Origin: Antedon mediterranea
Lineage: Eukaryota; Animalia; Echinodermata
DNA length: 64,000 nt
Direction: 5' to 3'
NCBI RefSeq assembly: GCF_964355755.1
Contig: NC_092670.1
Location: 34,460,388 to 34,524,387, forward strand
This document shows, piece after piece, positions 36,666 to 50,724 of this stretch. The stretch's first letter is position 1; each line of letters starts with the position of its first letter. The notes below the pieces were generated by a model. The model did no database searches. It saw nothing but the letters and a program-made list of their open reading frames with translations, and was not told the origin of the DNA. A program made the translations under genes and the position numbers.

Positions 36666-36904
36666 TAAGCCCAATTCACACAAACAAGCGGCAACAGTAA
36701 TAAAAATATAGAATCAATTTTCAAGCCAGAGTCCTTGACAGAATAAAATAATTGAATTGAATCTATGTTATTTCTTATGACCATGTACACAAAACGCGGA
36801 GAGGATGGGTAGTTTCCACTTAAGGATAGACACATATTCTACGTGGGACAAGCTACGCGGTTTTCCGCTTAACATTACCGCTCGTCTGTGTAAATTGGCC
36901 TTTA
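36666..36904. mobile_element. MITE (PIF/Harbinger-like); related inverted copy at ~42400-42575
   Basis: TIR-like gcccaattcacac...gtgtaaattggcc with TAA/TTA flanks. Confidence 0.55.
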
Positions 36905-37086
36905 TACTGCACATACTGTAAGGGTCAAATGTTGTTTGACCTGTATTCACATTATTCCTTTCCAAATTTTGAGGTGAAACTTATGTTATACCTCACAGTG
37001 GGCTTATCCTCAAGTACTGTATATATAGTTTAACAATACAATGTAGGCCAAATGTTTGCCAAGTGCCCTAGTGTTTGGCATTGACC

Positions 37087-37266
37087 TTATAGTTTGTAGG
37101 AATACTTATCCTTTCGTGTGCGTAATTCTTCAAGAGCTTTTGCACGGATTGCTTCTTTGTCCTTACACTCGTCGTCAATTTTAAGTCCAACAATTTCCAG
37201 AATTGATTCTGTATGGGTCCGAAGGAAAGGGTTATATTCCATTTCTTCTTTCAAAGTTGACGGAAT
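37087..37266 (-). CDS. PNKD: PNKD/hydroxyacylglutathione hydrolase-like, last coding exon
   Basis: IPSTLKEEMEYNPFLRTH...ALEELRTRKDKYSYKL*; AG acceptor, phase 0. Confidence 0.88.
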   Translation of the reverse strand: MPSTLKEEMEYNPFLRTHTESILEIVGLKIDDECKDKEAIRAKALEELRTRKDKYSYKL

Positions 37267-37392
37267 CTAGACAAATTAAATATAAACACATTTAAATTGT
37301 TTTTAACTTCAAATAGTAATTGCTATATTTTCCTGCATGTTACACAAAGTTTAAGGTCAAAACTGTTTAGAAAATGGTTCTGTATGAGTCCT

Positions 37393-40300
37393 AATGTATG
37401 AGTTCTTGGTTTTTTTTTTTTCTTAATTTCATAATGTATGAGTTCTTGGTTTTTTTTTTTTCTTAATTTCATAATGTATGAGTTCTTGGTTTTTTTTTTT
37501 TCTTAATTTCATAATGTATGAGTTCTTGGTTTTTTTTTTTCTTAATTTCATAATGTATGAGTTCTTGGTTTTTTTTTTTTCTTAATTTCATAATGTATGA
37601 GTTCTTGGTTTTTTTTTTTTCTTAATTTCATAATGTATGAGTTCTTGGTTTTTTTTTTTCTTAATTTCATAATGTATGAGTTCTTGGTTTTTTTTTTTTC
37701 TTAATTTCATAATGTATGAGTTCTTGGTTTTTTTTTTTCTTAATTTCATAATGTATGAGTTCTTGGTTTTTTTTTTCTTAATTTCATAATGTATGAGTTC
37801 TTGGTTTTTTTTTTTTCTTAATTTCATAATGTATGAGTTCTTGGTTTTTTTTTTTCTTAATTTCATAATGTATGAGTTCTTGGTTTTTTTTTTTTCTTAA
37901 TTTCATAATGTATGAGTTCTTGGTTTTTTTTTTTCTTAATTTCATAATGTATGAGTTCTTGGTTTTTTTTTTTCTTAATTTCATAATGTATGAGTTCTTG
38001 GTTTTTTTTTTTCTTAATTTCATAATGTATGAGTTCTTGGTTTTTTTTTTTCTTAATTTCATAATGTATGAGTTCTTGGTTTTTTTTTTTTCTTAATTTC
38101 ATAATGTATGAGTTCTTGGTTTTTTTTTTTTTCTTAATTTCATAATGTATGAGTTCTTGGTTTTTTTTTTTCTTAATTTCATAATGTATGAGTTCTTGGT
38201 TTTTTTTTTTTCTTAATTTCATAATGTATGAGTTCTTGGTTTTTTTTTTTTCTTAATTTCATAATGTATGAGTTCTTGGTTTTTTTTTTTTCTTAATTTC
38301 ATAATGTATGAGTTCTTGGTTTTTTTTTTTTCTTAATTTCATAATGTATGAGTTCTTGGTTTTTTTTTTTTCTTAATTTCATAATGTATGAGTTCTTGGT
38401 TTTTTTTTTTTCTTAATTTCATAATGTATGAGTTCTTGGTTTTTTTTTTTCTTAATTTCATAATGTATGAGTTCTTGGTTTTTTTTTTTTCTTAATTTCA
38501 TAATGTATGAGTTCTTGGTTTTTTTTTTTCTTAATTTCATAATGTATGAGTTCTTGGTTTTTTTTTTTTCTTAATTTCATAATGTATGAGTTCTTGGTTT
38601 TTTTTTTTTCTTAATTTCATAATGTATGAGTTCTTGGTTTTTTTTTTTTCTTAATTTCATAATGTATGAGTTCTTGGTTTTTTTTTTCTTAATTTCATAA
38701 TGTATGAGTTCTTGGTTTTTTTTTTTCTTAATTTCATAATGTATGAGTTCTTGGTTTTTTTTTTTTCTTAATTTCATAATGTATGAGTTCTTGGTTTTTT
38801 TTTTTTCTTAATTTCATAATGTATGAGTTCTTGGTTTTTCAAGGTTTTTTTTTCTTAATTTCATAATGTATGAGTTCTTGGTTTTTCAAGGTTTTTTTTT
38901 TCTTAATTTCATAATGTATGAGTTCTTGGTTTTTCAAGGTTTTTTTTTTCTTAATTTCATAATGTATGAGTTCTTGGTTTTTCAAGGGTTTTTTTTTCTT
39001 AATTTCATAATGTATGAGTTCTTGGTTTTGTTAAGGTTTTTTTTTTTTCTTAATTTCATAATGTATGAGTTCTTGGTTTTGTTAAGGTTTTTTTTTTTTC
39101 TTAATTTCATAATGTATGAGTTCTTGGTTTTTCAAGGTTTTTTTTTTCTTAATTTCATAATGTATGAGTTCTTGGTTTTGTTAAGGTTTTTTTTTTGTCT
39201 TAATTTCATAATGTATGAGTTCTTGGTTTTTCAAGGTTTTTTTTTTCTTAATTTCATAATGTATGAGTTCTTGGTTTTTCAAGGGTTTTTTTTTCTTAAT
39301 TTCATAATGTATGAGTTCTTGGTTTTGTTAAGGTTTTTTTTTTTTCTTAATTTCATAATGTATGAGTTCTTGGTTTTTCAAGGTTTTTTTTTTCTTAATT
39401 TCATAATGTATGAGTTCTTGGTTTTGTTAAGGTTTTTTTTTTTTCTTAATTTCATAATGTATGAGTTCTTGGTTTTTCAAGGTTTTTTTTTTCTTAATTT
39501 CATAATGTATGAGTTCTTGGTTTTGTTAAGGTTTTTTTTTTTTCTTAATTTCATAATGTATGAGTTCTTGGTTTTTCAAGGTTTTTTTTTTCTTAATTTC
39601 ATAATGTATGAGTTCTTGGTTTTTCAAGGGTTTTTTTTTCTTAATTTCATAATGTATGAGTTCTTGGTTTTGTTAAGGTTTTTTTTTTTTCTTAATTTCA
39701 TAATGTATGAGTTCTTGGTTTTTCAAGGTTTTTTTTTTCTTAATTTCATAATGTATGAGTTCTTGGTTTTGTTAAGGTTTTTTTTTTTTTCTTAATTTCA
39801 TAATGTATGAGTTCTTGGTTTTTCAACGTTTTTTTTTTCTTAATTTCATAATGTATGAGTTCTTGGTTTTTCAAGGGTTTTTTTTTCTTAATTTCATAAT
39901 GTATGAGTTCTTGGTTTTGTTAAGGTTTTTTTTTTTTCTTAATTTCATAATGTATGAGTTCTTGGTTTTTCAAGGTTTTTTTTTTCTTAATTTCATAATG
40001 TATGAGTTCTTGGTTTTTCAAGGTTTTTTTTTTCTTAATTTCATAATGTATGAGTTCTTGGTTTTTCAAGGGTTTTTTTTTTCTTAATTTCATAATGTAT
40101 GAGTTCTTGGTTTTTCAAGGTTTTTTTTTTCTTAATTTCATAATGTATGAGTTCTTGGTTTTGTTAAGGTTTTTTTTTTTTTCTTAATTTCATAATGTAT
40201 GAGTTCTTGGTTTTTCAAGGTTTTTTTTTTCTTAATTTCATAATGTATGAGTTCTTGGTTTTGTTAAGGTTTTTTTTTTTTCTTAATTTCATAATGTATG

Positions 40301-41670
40301 AGTTCTTGGTTTTTCAAGGTTTTTTTTTTCTTAATTTCATAATGTATGAGTTCTTGGTTTTTCAAGGGTTTTTTTTTCTTAATTTCATAATGTATGAGTT
40401 CTTGGTTTTGTTAAGGTTTTTTTTTTTTCTTAATTTCATAATGTATGAGTTCTTGGTTTTTCAAGGTTTTTTTTTTCTTAATTTCATAATGTATGAGTTC
40501 TTGGTTTTGTTAAGGTTTTTTTTTTTTCTTAATTTCATAATGTATGAGTTCTTGGTTTTTCAAGGTTTTTTTTTTCTTAATTTCATAATGTATGAGTTCT
40601 TGGTTTTTCAAGGGTTTTTTTTTCTTAATTTCATAATGTATGAGTTCTTGGTTTTGTTAAGGTTTTTTTTTTTTCTTAATTTCATAATGTATGAGTTCTT
40701 GGTTTTTCAAGGTTTTTTTTTTCTTAATTTCATAATGTATGAGTTCTTGGTTTTGTTAAGGTTTTTTTTTTTCTTAATTTCATAATGTATGAGTTCTTGG
40801 TTTTTCAAGGTTTTTTTTTTCTTAATTTCATAATGTATGAGTTCTTGGTTTTTCAAGGGTTTTTTTTTCTTAATTTCATAATGTATGAGTTCTTGGTTTT
40901 GTTAAGGTTTTTTTTTTTCTTAATTTCATAATGTATGAGTTCTTGGTTTTTCAAGGTTTTTTTTTTCTTAATTTCATAATGTATGAGTTCTTGGTTTTTC
41001 AAGGTTTTTTTTTTCTTAATTTCATAATGTATGAGTTCTTGGTTTTTCAAGGGTTTTTTTTTTCTTAATTTCATAATGTATGAGTTCTTGGTTTTTCAAG
41101 GTTTTTTTTTTCTTAATTTCATAATGTATGAGTTCTTGGTTTTTCAAGGTTTTTTTTTTCTTAATTTCATAATGTATGAGTTCTTGGTTTTTCAAGGTTT
41201 TTTTTTTCTTAATTTCATAATGTATGAGTTCTTGGTTTTTCAAGGTTTTTTTTTTCTTAATTTCATAATGTATGAGTTCTTGGTTTTTCAAGGGTTTTTT
41301 TTTCTTAATTTCATAATGTATGAGTTCTTGGTTTTTCAAGGGTTTTTTTTTCTTAATTTCATAATGTATGAGTTCTTGGTTTTTCAAGGGTTTTTTTTTC
41401 TTAATTTCATAATGTATGAGTTCTTGGTTTTTCAAGGGTTTTTTTTTCTATTTCATAATGTATGAGTTCTTGGTTTTTCAAGGGTTTTTTTTTCTTAATT
41501 TCATAAGCATCCAAAAGCATTCTGATGTATGAGTTCTTGTTTTTTTTCAAGTTTTTTTTTTTTAAATTTCATAATGTTCTTGGTTTTTTTTAAGGTTTTT
41601 TATTTCATAATGTACGAGTTCTTGGTTTTTTTAAGGTTTTTTTTTTCTTAATTTTATAAGCATCCAAAAG
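37393..41670. repeat. Intronic satellite: ~40-bp unit, then 48/51-bp variants
   Basis: taatgtatgagttcttgg(T)n cttaatttca; from ~38830 variants carry ttcaagg or tgttaagg; degenerate copies at 41510-41670. Confidence 0.97.
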
Positions 41671-42066
41671 CGATAAACTTCCCAATTACAGGATGCATAA
41701 ACTATATATATCATGTTCATTTGAGGCTATAGAGTGGAGTAGAAAGATTCATTGAATTGATGAAATGTAAAAATAAATATAGTATTAATAGATTTGTTTA
41801 ACAAATCTTGTGGTTATACTAATTAACAATTAATACATCATTAAAGAATCAAATAGTAAAGAATTTAGATAGCTACTTTGTCTTATTTTCTTGGCCATTG
41901 TGTACATAAATGAAGATGAAAGAGAAGTAGGGGAGGGGGTGTGGAGTCATCTCCTGTGTTCAACATGGTAGGGGAGGGGGTGTGGGGTCATCTCCTGTGT
42001 TCGACATGGTAGACACACACAATACCATACCCATCCACAAAATTACAAAATTAATGCAATCCATAC

Positions 42067-42114
42067 CGTCATTTTTCTCTCTTTTCTTTGTTCAATTACC
42101 CAGTCTAGTTTTTT
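42067..42114 (-). CDS. PNKD: PNKD-like exon (KKLDWVIEQRKERKMT)
   Basis: 48-bp AG/GT-bounded exon in phase with its neighbours. Confidence 0.82.
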
Positions 42115-45100
42115 CTACAAAAGAACAAAATACAAAAAACATTAACATCTGAAAACAAAGGGATAATTAACTTTGTACTATCATCCACTATATATCTTTT
42201 TGGCAAACTGCAAATATATGTAAATTTCTTTCTGTCATAAGCATGTGACCTATTTGGTTGTTTACAAAAAAAATGACCAATGACAAAATTTGAAACTGTT
42301 GGGAAAAAAAATAAAATGACTGAAATTATACTTGATGCAACTTTAGAATGTGAATTTATAGTACTTTATAGTTGGTTTTTATAGTCGTTTTCAGATTGTG
42401 GGCTTCACACACGGTAACGGTAAGCGAAAAAGCCGTGTAGATTCTCCCACGTAGAATCTGTATCTATTGTCAGCAGAAACAAGTCTGCGTCGCGCTGTGT
42501 GTAAATGGTAATAAGGAATAACATAGATTCTATATTTTTATTACCGTTACTGCTTGTTTATGTAAATTGGCCTTTAGTCTGTTTATACAGCAATATAATA
42601 CATTTGGGGATTACAGATTTCAACTGTCTAGAAAGTCGTTTTAATTATATAACCAGTTTGGCTGATCTCCTAGTTTGAACTTAAATGTAATGGTAGGCTT
42701 ATCCAACAGTTCAAATCATTAAATCAACAGCGTAAATAAAGACTTTATCACCCACTATAGCGGAAGTTACCATACCTAGCCTAGCAATTCCACAGTGGCA
42801 AAATCTAATATCTCATACACACACATACTGGGTAATAGACCCTATACTGATGTTCTGTAGTTTTCGTAACTCCTCTCAAAATCTAATCTGCCATTTAGTA
42901 GAAAGAAATATTACTGTATTTAACACTTTTACATAACAATTTAACTTGTATTTGAAATTATTAATACAAGATTAGCTTCAGCAAACATTTAGAAGAAACT
43001 ATGTGTAAGCATTGTCAAATTAGAACCCTCAACAGTGTATTATGATTTCATCCCCAACTCGATTGTAGACTTCTGCTATTTCCCTTACTAACTAAAAATG
43101 ATTTTTATATAACAATAAGATTTGTTAAATGTATATATTCACGTCAGGGAACTTGTGGAAAACCAAAGAAAAAACTGATGTATAAACCTACACAAAACTA
43201 CCAAATCTTGACAAAAAATTAGCACACATAACCATATTTGTTTTTACATTCATTAAATCCTTTGATAAAAATGAACTTCCATTATGAGAAACAATTTTCT
43301 CTATTATTGTACTATATACAATGGTGAATGTATAAAAAAAGGTTACATTATGTTTTAACAATACATTGTGGTTAAACTTCCTAAGGTCCATAGGCACAGT
43401 CTAGGGTAGATGCTTGTTGGAAACAATGTATCAGACTTATATTGCGTTTCCCACTAATGATATATACAGTCATGGTTCTTAAATGTCTATCCCCCTTTTT
43501 GTTCTTGTTCTTGTTCTTGTTCTTTGAATTTTACTTTTTACTTTTAACAATATTGAAGATTTTGTTAAACTTTCCAGTGAACTGTGCTTTTGGCAAATTA
43601 CAAATGTAGCTGCTTGTTTTCAAAGTTGAAAACAAAATACTGACTTATATACACGTGAACTACTGCAGAAGTGTACATAGTAAGAAGTGAGAAAAAACTC
43701 AACATATTGTGAAATCACTATATGCCCTGCTTTTGTTCACAAATATTATTATCCAGGGTCCAAAAAAATAATTGCGGCTTAGGAAGGCGTGAATTAATAA
43801 AAGATTATACATGTTTTGTTTTGATATGTGTTGTTTAATTACATGTAATTTCGCGCTCTTTCCTCAAATCATGGTTGATAAGGAAGTGTTGTTCACGTGA
43901 ACGTGTCTTACCACCAAGGCCTTGGTTCAATCCAGTGCAAGGTCATCAGAAAACAAAGTAAATTCTTGTTTATAACAAAGACATCTTTCAACAGTCACTA
44001 TTAATAATATGTAATGAAGTCTGCATTTCGTTTCCAATTACATTTGTAAATATCATTGTAATTATGTTAAACACAAAGACTATAATTCTAGTTAACATTA
44101 ATACATATTTTCATTTCTAAGTCATAAAAATCAAATTACAACAATTTGTTCAATATTTAATTCTGATAAAAGTAATATAGTGAATTCTTTTATCAGACAC
44201 AAAGGACTTTTATATATGTAAATCCTTTTGTATTGTTTAGAATACAATAGACAGTCCCACAATATGAAAGTGCATTGACACAAATTAATTGATTTTTGTT
44301 GTGAGAACATTAAAAATTAAATAAAGCTTCAAACAAAGAACATTAATAGAGAAGGCTTTTAAAGTGCATTTTTCATTTCTTTGTCGTGTTTTAATTAAAT
44401 ATTCAACTAGCTTATAATAGCTTAAAATAACATTGGATTATACCAAGCTGGATTATTTGTGTAAACTTTCTTTTTGAAAAGTTGATTTTAATTCTATTTA
44501 TAGTGAATTGGTTGCAGGTATTATAAATTAAATGATATCTATCTACTATCAAACAATGGAGAACTTATTTCTCCATGATCAAACCAAATGAACAAAACAA
44601 TTATAATTTCTAATTCCAAGTCAAATTTTATTTATCTCAGAAATTGAGAAAATCATTTATCATATGACACAAAATACGATTGAAAAGGGCAAATTTCAAA
44701 AGTTTTTGTCACACGCATGGATGTTCAAATAATGTTGTCATATATGAGAAATGGAGTATGTAAATTTGTAATAAACTCAACGTATCTAAAATGGAGGTTA
44801 TTGACAACAGAATCATGTTTTAACAAAACAAGTTCAATCAGTGAAATATATAAACAGTTATTTGTTTTCTTTGTTGTTTAAGTTCATATAAGATCTTGGT
44901 CAGGGGGAAATTTACTGAGGCAAATCTGTTAATATAAATCTGAAATCACATTTTATGTTATAGTATTATGTACTCAAATAATGTTTAAAGTGTTGTTTCA
45001 TAGCAGGTTAAAAATGAGTGGATTGGAGACCTCTTGAGTTCCGAGGCCCTGTTTTTAGCTAATGAGCACTCATAGTCTTTATACCATTGCTAATCCTCAA

Positions 45101-45372
45101 TATTTAAATATATTTCATCTAAAAGGAACTTTGCACGTAAACTGACATAGCCCATTTATTTGTGTACTTTTCATGACACTAAATTGTTTCACAGTAAAAG
45201 TCCTTTTATCGGCTTGTTTTACTAGTTACTACTATATTTTGCATATCATACATAAATAAGTAATATTGAGAGTAAAAATAATAAACATATCTATTAAACA
45301 CTTTAACATTTCCTGGACAAGTTACACATACATACAACAATCTATTGTTTTCTATGATACATCAAATTTTAC

Positions 45373-45440
45373 CTTAACTTTGTCATTGCTTGGTTCTATA
45401 TGCTGTACAAAAGTTAGATTACTCTTAGCATACTCATGTC
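45373..45440 (-). CDS. PNKD: PNKD-like exon (GHEYAKSNLTFVQHIEPSNDKVK)
   Basis: GHEY..SNL.F...EP.N glyoxalase II motif; AG/GT boundaries. Confidence 0.9.
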
Positions 45441-45696
45441 CTGTGTAAAAAAAACACATGCTATTTATTAAACCAACACTTAAAATATCATTGTTGTTTT
45501 TACATGGCGAATAAACAGGTTTGTGGTATGCTACCTGTTTCCATAGGGAAATATAGTTAGGTTTGGTAACCTAAATTCACTAATACTGTATTATTTTTAT
45601 TATTAAGCAATTCCATTTTGTTATTTTTATTATTTGTGCTATTTGGCAAACAGCTTTCTTTGTTTTTGTTTTTTTAATTACATTAATGTTTATTAC

Positions 45697-45783
45697 CTGG
45701 CCATATAAATGTATCATCAGCAAGTTCACAAACTTTGTCTAAAGATTGTAACATTTCCATCGCTGAACTTTCAAACATTCGAC
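45697..45783 (-). CDS. PNKD: PNKD-like exon (GRMFESSAMEMLQSLDKVCELADDTFIWP)
   Basis: GR.FE...M..SL...L.DDT..WPG motif; AG/GT boundaries. Confidence 0.9.
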
Positions 45784-47811
45784 CTAAAAAATACAAAAAA
45801 ATATTATTATCTAAATTATCTATATATTCAATTCAAGTTTATTTAACCACGGAGGCCCAGATCAACACGTGCACATACAAAAAATACAAATACAATTTCA
45901 AAAATGTTTCTACAATATTATTATGTACAGTATATAAATAAATATTTAAAAGTTTTAATCAAGTTTATGTTTAAATGATTTTAGGGTCGTAGACGAGTGA
46001 ATGTCAACACCTTAACCTCTATAATTAAATTTTTTTTATTTTTTATTTTATGTACCTTCACTTTTATATATTTATATTTTAGTCTACTACGTAGCATTGT
46101 TACTATACTTATAGGCCTACGGAAGTCACGACTTAAAGTTCAGTGAACTTACTGTGACCACCATCCACCCACATTTAATATATGTATACTCATGTTTGTT
46201 CAAATTATATATATAAGTGAGTGGAAAAATAAACGAAACGAAAACCGAAACGAAACACCAACCTTATAGGCGAGAGAAGGGTAGAGTGGAGGAAGCGGGA
46301 GTTTTTAGCATGGAATTGGAGATGAGAGGAATGTCGGCCATTTCGAAGGGACAAAAACAAATTTGGAAGATGGAAGAAATGGATTAAGAGGATGAAATGT
46401 TAAAAATAAGATTCTTCTTGAAACAAATGCCTCATTTTGATGATGATGATTTCTATTTTTTTAATACAAATAAGTAGAGACGAGAAATTTATAAAGTTGC
46501 TCCACTTGTATTTAAGAATTTCACATCTAATACTAATTTTATACAAGACTGGAACATTTAGTAAAAGAAATATGAAATGCTGGTACAGATTTAGCTCTCG
46601 TGAAAATTCAGTTTTATATAACAGACCATTAAATGGGAATCACTTAATTTCATTTTATCGTTTCATCACATGCTCCTTTTGTTTAAAGTTTTTAGTTTGA
46701 CCGTATAAAATCAAACAAATCTGAGCAAATCATAAATGGATAAAAGAAAGGTTACAAGATGTTTTCAGAATAAAAATGGTAATAAAGTTTTAATGATTGT
46801 AAAATCATAACATACTACTACATTAAACATTTGAGATTTCATTCAGTCTTTGTCTTATATTGTTTAACATTGCAGGTTGTTATGTGGTAGATTAAAAGAA
46901 CACATGTTCTATTTATAGATGCCTTGGTTCGAATCTTCGCTCCTCTTAAAAAAATGTTTATTCCATTCCTACTTTTAATACTAAAACATATGGCCTAAGC
47001 ACCTTTTAATTCTGAGCTCTCTCATACACTGTGCCTTTAATCACTTTGACTCACTGTTTGAATTGGCGCATTACAAATTCGTATTATTGTTATTACTATA
47101 TGTGTATGAAATAATAACATTTAAAACTTTTTTCCATATTTCATTCGTCAGGCTAATGATGATGGATTAATTTGTCAATACTTAGAATGTGAAAACAATA
47201 ATTAGATGATCTCAACCTCAAATAATTCTATATTACTTTTACCATCAAACAAATCAATTGTAGGCAAATATGATAAAGATAAAGTTGAAGATCCCACCCT
47301 GACCCTAAAACAAATGCAAATGAAATCTGAAATCATTTTAAAATTAGCTCAATTTAACCATGAAAAATCTAGGAACGGTTTTTTTCTTCTTAAATTGCAT
47401 TTAAACAAGTTTCAACGTGTGCATCAATACCATCCCACACAGACCAATTCGGTAACTTGACCTTGGTCTACCCTTTATACTGGAGCCGATACGCAACATG
47501 TGACGGGCAGCGATGAAAAGTACTTTAAGCCAAATGTATAAAGACAATTCAAAAGTATAAATCAGAAATCCTTCATTTCGATCCACATTACTTCCTGTAT
47601 CCATTGCAACCTATAAAACAACTTCCTTTAACCCTCACTTAAATAAAGAATTTATAGTTTATAACTACCCAAGTGAAATGCTTAAGAAAACAAATACATA
47701 CGATTACAAGTTAATTTCGACATAAGAAAATATTATTTCAAACTATATTGAAAACACTATTGACAAAAAAAATTAATGGCTGAGGTTCCTGGCAAAGCTC
47801 ATATACTGCGA

Positions 47812-48843
47812 ACTGTTCATGTTCATGTTATATTTTGTTACTACTGTAGCAATAAGTAAAACTTAGAAACTGTTCATGTTCACATTTCATTCCTTGCAAC
47901 AAGCAAACCCTAGAAACTGTTCATGTTCACATTTCATTCCTTGCAACAAGCAAACCCTAGAAACTGTTGATGTTCACATTTCATTCCTTGCAAGAAGCAA
48001 ACCCTAGAAACTGTTTATGTTCACATTATATTTTGTTCCTTGCAATAAGCAAACTCTAGAAACTGTTCATGTTCACATTATATTTTGTTCCTTGCAATAA
48101 GCAAACTCTAGAAACTGTTCATGTTCACATTATATTTTGTTCCTTGCAATAAGCAAACTCTAGAAACTGTTCATGTTCACATTATATTTTTTTCCTTGCA
48201 ATAAGCAAACTCTAGAAACTGTTCATGTTCACATTATATTTTGTTCCTTGCAATAAGCAAACTCTAGAAACTGTTAATGTTCACATTATATTTTGTTCCT
48301 TGCAATAAGCAAATCCTAGAAACTGTTAATGTTCACATTATATTTTGTTCCTTGCAATAAGCAAACCCTAGAAACTGTTCATGTTCACATTATATTTTGT
48401 TCCTTGCAATAAGCAGACTCTAGAAACTGTTCATGTTCACATTATATTTTGTTCCTTGCAATAAGCAAACTCTAGAAACTGTTCATGTTCACATTATATT
48501 TTGTTCCTTGCAATAAGCAGACTCTAGAAACTGTTCATGTTCACATTATATTTTGTTCCTTGCAATAAGCAAACTCTAGAAACTGTTCATGTTCACATTA
48601 TATTTTGTTCCTTGCCATAAGCAAACTCTAGAAACTGTTCATGTTCACATTATATTTTGTTCCTTGCAATAAGCAAACTCTAGAAACTGTTCATGTTCAC
48701 ATTATATTTTGTTCCTTGCCATAAGCAAACTCTAGAAACTGTTCATGTTCACATTATATTTTTTTCCTTGCCATAAGCAAACTCTAGAAACTGTTCATGT
48801 TCACATTATATTTTGTTCCTTGCAATAAGCAAACCCTGGAAAC
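47812..48843. repeat. Minisatellite, ~52-bp unit
   Basis: tagaaactgttcatgttcacattatattttgttccttgcaataagcaaactc in tandem; shorter variants at the left edge. Confidence 0.95.
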
Positions 48844-49269
48844 AGTTTGCTTTATAGTTATATTTTTTTCTAAGAAATTAGTCAGAGTAATTTTTAGGTT
48901 ATTTGCTCACATAACAGCACAAACAAGCACTAAGAAGTCATATCTAAAAGTCAACACAGGGTTATTTTTTCTAAGGATTTGTGAACTTGTTAAATTATTC
49001 ATATTTTCTATGATCTTCAGTTTTGACTGTATATACAAGAGGTTCCAATCGCATTTTAGAAGGCATGATTTTTTATAGAATTTTCTGTTTTATGACTAAT
49101 AATGAAATGTTAGCATTATATGATGAGGTCTTCACTGGTCAAACAAACACACGTCTACTTTAAAAAAGAAGTGAATATCACTGCTCGTGCCATATGGAAT
49201 AGTTGCAATAAAAATTTACAATAGCAATAAAAAAATATTGTGGTATCTTTGTGATAATATCAAATAAAA

Positions 49270-50724
49270 CTAGATTTAGTTCGTCGCTATGACGAATTAT
49301 AGGTTATATGCATTGATTTAAATAAAGATAATTGATTTTTAAAAGATATTTTGATTGATTGATTTTCTCAGATTCTTTAATTATTTATAATATATGATAG
49401 GACCTTGCTAACGCGAATACAATAGCCGGTATCACAATCCGACAAAGATTCCTCTGCGTATAATTTCATAAACCACATTTGTTGTTACATAATAATAAAG
49501 ACATAAGTTACTTTTTATCTAGATTTCATTATAAATCATGTGTATAATATATACATTAAGAAATAAATTTGAACAAACAATACGGATAATAAAAATAAAA
49601 TCTTATTTCGTTTCCCAAGGTGAGACTCGATCTCGGTACCTTGAGTGCCATAAACACGAGCACAGACCACCGAGCCATACACAACTGACTAAAAGTTGTA
49701 TAAAAATTCCTCCGTGTATTTACTATGCAGTAACCACTTTGGTGCAGATAGATTATTACATACCGCAATGAATTATAATTTTTTACTATGATGACATCTC
49801 TAAAAATGTACAAAAATGATGCACTGTCAAACTATATACTTTTAACTTTAATATATGAACTTTTGAAGGAAGAAAGTTAATGTTAATTTTGTTATTATGG
49901 CCTAAGAAAATGTCATAATTTGTTTGATTGTCGAAATGAATTTTTTTTTATTTAATATGCAATTAATTATGGCTTAATCAACTTTTGTTCACTTAGTTTA
50001 ATATTAAATCATACATAAGATACATACACTTCAAGAAAATGAAATAAAAAATATGTGTTCCCGAGCATTCTGACGATCTATATTAATTTTAAAATTTAGC
50101 ATATTTTCACCATTTTGTTAACTTACACGTGCTCGTATAAGGCAATTTCACGTTGAAAAGTGAATAAAATATGATGATATTATTAAAGAAAGGTTGTACA
50201 ACCGAAATCGGACAAAAAGAGTGTGCATTAACGTATAACGCGCAGTGCGCGTGCAAAAATCTGCGCACTCATGGCAATTTTTTAAACGCTTAAAATTGCC
50301 TGAAACGTACTCTAATTTCATCGAAAATAAATTTTGACAATTTTGAAAATTTTAAGCGCGCGTACGCATGCGTTATATGCGCTACGCACGTAATTATATT
50401 GCCATATGATGAAATATGACCTGAAATTTATGGGTACCAAATTTTGTTTAAAAGTGATTCATGATTGTGAAGATATGATTACAAACGTGATTTCGTGAAA
50501 TCGCGCGTAGACCGCGTAATTTGTGATTGCGCACCGTGAAAACATAACCACATCGATTCCTGGCCATAAGGAATAAACTCTGAAAAATTGACTTAGCTAG
50601 ATGAAACTGATATCAAGATAATTGACGGACAAAATAGTGCTAAGGAAAGAATAAATAAAGGAATAAATAAATAAAGATTCTGACAGAATCAAGAGGTTAT
50701 ATGCATGATAATGCATATAACCTA
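49270..50724 (-). mobile_element. Non-autonomous Helentron/DINE-like (HINE) element
   Basis: aggttatatgcat subterminal repeat at both ends, 5' palindrome aggttatatgcat-gata-atgcatataacct, hairpin ttcgtcgctatgacgaa and terminal CTAG within T/A runs. Confidence 0.85.

Noticed and set aside
37588-41465. Many repetitive ORFs (MYEFLVFQGFFFLNFI / MKLRKKKNQELIHYEI)
   Set aside because: Translations of an intronic satellite; frames shift with poly-T length.
37393-41510. CRISPR-like regular repeat array
   Set aside because: No unique spacers, eukaryotic context and no cas genes; the same applies to the 47812-48843 array.
47401-47610. Possible extra PNKD-like exon (ttttatag acceptor, 67-aa ORF)
   Set aside because: The flanking exons already join in frame (AGT-G-RMFE), and the in-phase reading stops after 7 codons.
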